From contig JAGBAJ010000038.1 in NCBI GenBank assembly GCA_017939755.1, positions 15,216 through 79,215 on the forward strand: 64,000 bases of DNA, written 5' to 3'. Shown one piece after another: positions 59,307-64,000 of the stretch. Each line of letters begins with the position of its first letter. Position 1 is the stretch's first letter. The notes below the pieces were generated by a model, which was given only the letters and a program-made list of their open reading frames with translations, had not been told where the DNA came from and did not search any database. Origin of the DNA: Clostridia bacterium (GTDB lineage Bacteria > Bacillota > Clostridia > TANB77 > CAG-508). The translations under genes and the position numbers were made by a program.

Positions 59307-59909
59307 ATGGGAATTTTTGAGAATATAAATGAAATAATAAATAATTTTTTAGCAAATGCAGGAGTTTGGGAACCCTTATTAAGTTCTATTTTTATAGTGC
59401 TTGAAGGTACTTTTGCCTTTTTACCGCTATTTGTTTTTGTAACAATTAATTTATTAACAATGGGAAATGTAGTAGGTAGTGTTGTGTCATGGTTATGTAC
59501 AGTGCTAGGAAGTTTTATTGCATTTTCTTTATTCAGATATGGAATAAGTCCACTACTAAATAAATTTATAAAAAATCCGAAATCGTTAGAAAAATTTAAG
59601 GAAATGATAAATACTATGCCATTTTCAAGGCTTGTTTTAATTATTTCAATTCCAGTAACACCATCTTTTTTTGTAAATTTGGCTGCAGGTTTATCAAATA
59701 TACCAATAAAAAAATACTTGTATGCTTTACTTTTTGGAAAAGCGTGCATAATATTATTTTGGGGAGTACTAGGGACAAGCTTAGTAGATTGTTTAAATAA
59801 TCCGATTATGCTAATTAAAGTAGTTGTTATGTTAGTGGCTTGTAATTTATTTAGTAAATTTATTAACAGATGTTTTAAAATAGATAAGATTTTTGAATCA
59901 AATAAATAG
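59307..59909 (+). CDS. TVP38/TMEM64 (VTT/DedA-like) membrane protein
   Basis: About 5 TM segments with the FRYGISPLLNKF...VNLAAGLSNIPIKKYL pattern. Confidence 0.75.
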   Translation: MGIFENINEIINNFLANAGVWEPLLSSIFIVLEGTFAFLPLFVFVTINLLTMGNVVGSVVSWLCTVLGSFIAFSLFRYGISPLLNKFIKNPKSLEKFKEMINTMPFSRLVLIISIPVTPSFFVNLAAGLSNIPIKKYLYALLFGKACIILFWGVLGTSLVDCLNNPIMLIKVVVMLVACNLFSKFINRCFKIDKIFESNK

Positions 59910-59956
59910 AAAGTTAATAAATTTACAAAAAAACTCATACTACAGAATAGCAGGTA

Positions 59957-59985
59957 TTGCGTAGCATATAAATGTATGGTATAAT
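59957..59985 (+). promoter_or_regulatory. Extended -10 promoter of the orphan gene at 60077
   Basis: TTGCGT, 17-nt spacer, TGgTATAAT. Confidence 0.55.
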
Positions 59986-60076
59986 ATGAAAATATTTTAT
60001 CCTTGGTACCAGGAGTAACAAAAGGTACAGGTTACAGTGTACACAACTTCACTTTGTAACTACGAAGGAGGAAACG

Positions 60077-61054
60077 ATGGACATCAAATATTTGCGGACT
60101 ACAAAGGACCCAGACTATGTGCATGATACGGACGTAACAGAACCTGTAGAGTGCTGTAACGATGAAGTCAGAGCATACGTTTGTAAATGGGCAGGAAATG
60201 AGGGCTGGTCATTATGTGACTTTGGCACAATCGCCGAGCTTTTAGGATTCACACTTCCTATAACTTTGGATGAGTGGAATAGTAAAGAGAAAACCTTTGC
60301 AATGAAATCTAATACGAAGGTTGCGAGGATTAAACTTCGCCGTGGTGATGGCATGGATTATTTCTCAGAAATGAAAGTAGCTAATGGAAGCAGGAGAGAA
60401 AGTTACTCAATCTATTCTAAAGATGGAGATTTCTATGCTATGCTGGAATCTGTAATTGAAGAGAAGGCTGGCAAGACTTTAAAAAGTTGCTATTCTCCAT
60501 ATTACTGTAGTAGAGTACTGGAACTCCCAAATGGCTATCAATTGCACTTTAATGTGAGTGAACCTGGAGGTGGATCATTCAAAGAAACGGAGGCGAAAGT
60601 ATTTAAACACTGCGACAAGATTAACCAGTATTTGTTTGGTATTCCCGAAAAGTGTGATAATCTTGATGCTAACTTGATGTTTTCCGAGTTGATGAATCTG
60701 TATAAATTTTCAGAATCAGATATTGCATCTGCAGAAGGAATCCACTTTAAGTTCATGGCTCCAAAAGATTGTATTAAATCTGAAAAATTAGTGAAAGGCG
60801 GCAAATGCGTAAGGTTTGTCGAAACTATATGGAACGAAACTTATGAGGTATGTGCCAATGGTAAATGGAGCTATAAGGGTGACGGAATGCATGTTTCATA
60901 CAATCCAGACCATAAAGAATATGAGCGATATAAAGTCTGTTTAACAGGCGAGGACATCTGTGTATTTTATAAAGTACAAGATGAAATCGTTCAAAAGTTG
61001 TACAAAATTGAAAAGACATGTACTGAATTGATGATGCGTCTTATCAACGAATGA
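60077..61054 (+). CDS. Hypothetical Cys-rich protein (325 aa), compositionally foreign orphan
   Basis: RBS gaaggagg. Spot G+C is 33-47%. No motif recognised. Confidence 0.7.
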   Translation: MDIKYLRTTKDPDYVHDTDVTEPVECCNDEVRAYVCKWAGNEGWSLCDFGTIAELLGFTLPITLDEWNSKEKTFAMKSNTKVARIKLRRGDGMDYFSEMKVANGSRRESYSIYSKDGDFYAMLESVIEEKAGKTLKSCYSPYYCSRVLELPNGYQLHFNVSEPGGGSFKETEAKVFKHCDKINQYLFGIPEKCDNLDANLMFSELMNLYKFSESDIASAEGIHFKFMAPKDCIKSEKLVKGGKCVRFVETIWNETYEVCANGKWSYKGDGMHVSYNPDHKEYERYKVCLTGEDICVFYKVQDEIVQKLYKIEKTCTELMMRLINE

Positions 61055-61271
61055 CCGCAAGATAAAAGCAGGGCTCTTTCCTACGTATATATATTAAGAA
61101 AATTGTGAAGATTATTCTAATATACAAAAATAATATTGTTTTTATTGTATTGTTATATATTTTTTTATATAATTATGTAGATGATTTATTTACAAAAGAT
61201 ATGAGGCATAAAAGTCATTACACGACGAATATTCAGTAATAGAAATGGAAAAATATGAAGAGGAGGGTAAT

Positions 61272-62609
61272 ATGGATTTTGAAGAAATAAAAGAGCTAAT
61301 TAAAGAAAAAAAATTGCCTGAAATTAAAAAAGAGCTAAATGATATGAATGAGGTTGATATAGCATACTTAATTGAAGATTTGCCAGAAAACGAATTAGTA
61401 CAAATATTTAGGCTATTGCCGAAAACAATGGCAGCAGACGTTTTTTCTAATTTAGATGAAGATGTACAAGTAAAATTAATTTCCATATTATCAAAAAAAG
61501 AAGCAACAAATATTATTGAAGATATGTATACTGATGATGCTGCAGATCTATTTGAGGAAATGCCAGCTGTGATGGTTACTAAATTGTTGAGTGGAGTATC
61601 AAGCGAGACAAGAGCTTCAATTAATAAGTTGCTAAAATATCCAGATTATTCGGCAGGATCTCTAATGGCTATGGAATATATCCATTTAAAAAAGGGGTTA
61701 ACGATTAAGCAATCAATCGATAGAATAAAAAAACAAAAGGATGATTTTGTATCATTTGATTCATGCTTTGTAACAGATAATGAAAGAAAGTTGTTGGGTC
61801 TTGTTGATATAAAGAATTTGTTAGTTAATGATATGGAGACACTCATTGACGATGTGATGGAAGATTGTGAACATGTTCTTACGACTATGATGGATCAAGA
61901 AGATGTTGCAAACATTTTCCAAGATTATGATTATAATACGCTTCCAGTAGTTGATTCAGAGGGAAGACTTGTAGGAATTATAACAATTGATGATATTATA
62001 GATATCATAGAAGAGGAAACTACAGAGGACATAGAGAAAATGGCCGCTATTACGCCATCAGATAAGTCTTATATGAAAACAGGCGTATTTGAGACTTGGA
62101 AAAAAAGAATACCATGGTTATTACTGCTTATGATTTCAGCAACGTTTACGGGTGGAATTATTGCTCATTTTGAGGCTGCTTTATCAACATATGTAATATT
62201 AACAGCTTTTATACCAATGTTAATGGATACAGGTGGAAATGCAGGTAGTCAAGCTAGTGTATCAGTTATTCGTAGTTTATCTTTAGATGAAATAGAGTTT
62301 AAAGATACATTTAAAGTCATATGGAAGGAATTTAGAGTTAGTTTACTTTGTGGAGTAACATTAGCAATTACAAATTTTGCAAAAATTTTGCTATTTGATA
62401 GAGTTGAAGCTAGAATTGCGGCAATAGTATGTGGTACATTGGTAATTACAATAATAGTTGCTAAAATGATAGGAAGCTCTCTGCCAATTTTAGCAAAAAA
62501 ATTAGGATTTGACCCTGCGGTTATGGCAAGTCCATTTATAACAACTATTGTAGATGCATGCTCTTTATTAATATATTTTAGAATAGCTAGCGTAATGTTG
62601 GGAATTTAA
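61272..62609 (+). CDS. mgtE: Magnesium transporter MgtE
   Basis: N-terminal MgtE_N domain, two CBS domains, and TM-domain motifs PMLMDTGGNAGSQAS and ASPFITTIVD. Confidence 0.9.
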   Translation: MDFEEIKELIKEKKLPEIKKELNDMNEVDIAYLIEDLPENELVQIFRLLPKTMAADVFSNLDEDVQVKLISILSKKEATNIIEDMYTDDAADLFEEMPAVMVTKLLSGVSSETRASINKLLKYPDYSAGSLMAMEYIHLKKGLTIKQSIDRIKKQKDDFVSFDSCFVTDNERKLLGLVDIKNLLVNDMETLIDDVMEDCEHVLTTMMDQEDVANIFQDYDYNTLPVVDSEGRLVGIITIDDIIDIIEEETTEDIEKMAAITPSDKSYMKTGVFETWKKRIPWLLLLMISATFTGGIIAHFEAALSTYVILTAFIPMLMDTGGNAGSQASVSVIRSLSLDEIEFKDTFKVIWKEFRVSLLCGVTLAITNFAKILLFDRVEARIAAIVCGTLVITIIVAKMIGSSLPILAKKLGFDPAVMASPFITTIVDACSLLIYFRIASVMLGI

Positions 62610-62792
62610 AAAAATATGAATAATTATATATATTTACTGCATAAGCTATATATGGACAACTAAGAAATAAAAAATAAAAATGTAATATAAATGTAACATA
62701 ATTGAAACATATCTGTAATTGTAGTTTTTTGTTGAAAATAGTATAATAATATTGTTATAAATATACTTATGATAAAGAGGAGGACGAGTTGC

Positions 62793-63704
62793 ATGGCTAA
62801 GAGTGGCAATGGAAATGTTAAAATGATTATTACTGAAGAAAAAATACTTGCTAATATAGAAAAAGTTAAAAAAATGATTAATCCTAATAGCAAGAAGCAG
62901 ATTGTTCAATTAGAAGAAGACAGCTATTTTTTAGATTTGACAGTTTCTATAAAGTCATATTTAGAAGAGTATCCAAAGCAAGAGCCATTTCCAAAAGACG
63001 TATATGATGCTGCGTATGGACTTGTTGAGTATGCAACTACTCAATTCGAAGATAATACAAAGAAGATTGAAGAATTAATACGCCAAAGAGAAAGTAATAT
63101 AGCTTTGTCTACGGAATTGAAAGAAGTTCTTAATGCTGTTGAAGAGAAGAGCACTAACTGGAAAAAAATGGTTCAAGATATATCTGGGAAGTTGCCAGAA
63201 GATGTTGTTGACTCATTGGGGGTATTAGGAAGAGCAAAATCTAAAAAAACACAAACGTATCTTGATTCTCTAGCAGTTGTTAATACAAAGATTTCTAATT
63301 TAGAATCTAATTTATACATCGAAGTAGATATGGAGAGAATAGAGGATAGGTCAAAGGCTTTAAGTTATATAGGTATTGAAATTGCTGAATCACTTAAATA
63401 CATTAAGAATATAGAGGAACCTAAGAAGGTAGAAGAACCAGATGTTAAGCAAGCAGAGCAGAAAGAGGAAAAACAAAAGGCAGAAAATGTACAGGTTGCT
63501 GATACAAAAGTTTCAGAAGATGCTAACCAAGAAAATGCAGAAGCTGTTTTTGATGGTCAGGAGCAATATGTTCAAGAAGTTGCACCAAAACCTTCATTAT
63601 GGGAAAGAATTAAGAATATGAAATTATTTAGGGGTATTAGGTATTTGATGAAGATTAAAGTTGTTTTAGAGCTACCTGAACCAGAAAATAATGATGATAA
63701 ATAA
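62793..63704 (+). CDS. Hypothetical coiled-coil protein
   Basis: RBS agaggagg. K/E-rich. No motif recognised. Confidence 0.55.
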   Translation: MAKSGNGNVKMIITEEKILANIEKVKKMINPNSKKQIVQLEEDSYFLDLTVSIKSYLEEYPKQEPFPKDVYDAAYGLVEYATTQFEDNTKKIEELIRQRESNIALSTELKEVLNAVEEKSTNWKKMVQDISGKLPEDVVDSLGVLGRAKSKKTQTYLDSLAVVNTKISNLESNLYIEVDMERIEDRSKALSYIGIEIAESLKYIKNIEEPKKVEEPDVKQAEQKEEKQKAENVQVADTKVSEDANQENAEAVFDGQEQYVQEVAPKPSLWERIKNMKLFRGIRYLMKIKVVLELPEPENNDDK

Positions 63705-63708
63705 ATTA

Positions 63709-63742
63709 AAACCAAGTTGTATGAATACAATTTGGTTTTTTT
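63709..63742 (+). terminator. Intrinsic terminator of the last gene
   Basis: aaaccaa-gttgtat..atacaa-tttggttt followed by tttt. Confidence 0.7.
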
Positions 63743-63976
63743 ATATATTAGGAAAAGTCAGCATGACTTTCCTAATATATAAAAAAGCTCCGCAAAAACG
63801 GATGCACAGAAATTTTATTGCATAAAATTTCGTGCCAAACATCGATTGACTGTGTGAATGAAATCAAGATAGCTGTGCGAATGAAATGAGCTACAGATAT
63901 CTTATGCAAAGCTGAACTACGGATAATACATATACATGAAATTTACTGAGAAGTCTTTGATTTTCAGATTTGTTCT
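63741..63976. repeat. Modular intergenic repeat, copy C (longest: P, G, variable hairpin, two stem-loop units, T)
   Basis: ttatatattaggaaaagtca/tgactttcctaatatataa, then aaaaagctccgcaaaaacggatgcaca, then hairpin agaaatttt/aaaatttc, then units with loop gaatgaaat, then tacggataatacatatacatgaaat, then gattttcagatttgttct. Confidence 0.8.
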
Positions 63977-64000
63977 TTCAGCAGATTTGAACCTGCTAGA

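Noticed and set aside
59264-59938. 224-aa ORF on the minus strand covering the whole TVP38 gene. Its length is striking for an AT-rich genome.
   Set aside because: It is offset by one base from the sense frame. In that frame, antisense stops require sense T/C-TA or T-CA across codon boundaries, which are rare in this Tyr/His/Gln-poor membrane protein. It has no RBS, and the + strand product has a clear family signature. It is most likely a compositional artefact.
61055-61271. Expected M-box (ykoK) magnesium riboswitch upstream of mgtE.
   Set aside because: The region is almost pure AT. I could not find the conserved G+C-rich M-box core helices by eye. A covariance-model scan would be needed for certainty.
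63841-63900. Possible mini CRISPR-like array: ctgtgtgaatgaaatca / ctgtgcgaatgaaatga, repeated about 27 nt apart.
   Set aside because: There are only two short imperfect repeats. They are part of the repeat-family stem-loop units, one of which also occurs at 27690-27716. No cas genes are present.

Overview
The window is a very AT-rich chromosomal segment. My own spot counts of 60-nt lines give about 30% G+C in core genes. The gene content points to an endospore-forming Firmicute, Clostridia-like; the exact taxon cannot be determined from this window.

The backbone is ordinary housekeeping, mostly on the + strand:
- an M23 peptidase plus a SpoIVFB-like site-2 protease
- adhE
- a GH25 lysozyme
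- a P-type ATPase
- a three-gene NuoE/NuoF/[FeFe]-hydrogenase operon
- a nucleotide house-cleaning cluster plus hpt
- priA-def-fmt
- hrcA (with CIRCE)-grpE-dnaK-dnaJ
- ppa, dpaA, a ROK kinase, spoIVA, tRNA-Leu(CAA) and mgtE

Three things lie on top of this backbone.
1. Several small G+C-richer islands of one or two genes (spot counts about 40-50%) carry no mobility gene. They are a DUF1385-like plus MoaA-like radical SAM pair, an orphan 310-aa gene, an HNH endonuclease, an orphan purC and an orphan 325-aa gene.
2. Several genes are decaying: a frameshifted LysR, a frameshifted amidase, an MNT antitoxin stub next to an intact HEPN gene, and a collapsed duplicate of an SDR gene.
3. The intergenic space is unusually rich in a modular repeat family, long nested hairpins, and a leader module shared by def and ppa.

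I found no CRISPR array, cas gene, reverse transcriptase, transposase, integrase or known defence system. I cannot point to a clear-cut new multi-gene system. The most system-like candidates are:
- a three-ORF orphan operon just downstream of tRNA-Leu, bracketed by copies of the tRNA 3' end
- the divergent radical-SAM/DUF1385 pair with a perfect 25-bp palindrome between the genes

All functional calls come from reading motifs in the supplied translations. No database search was run.
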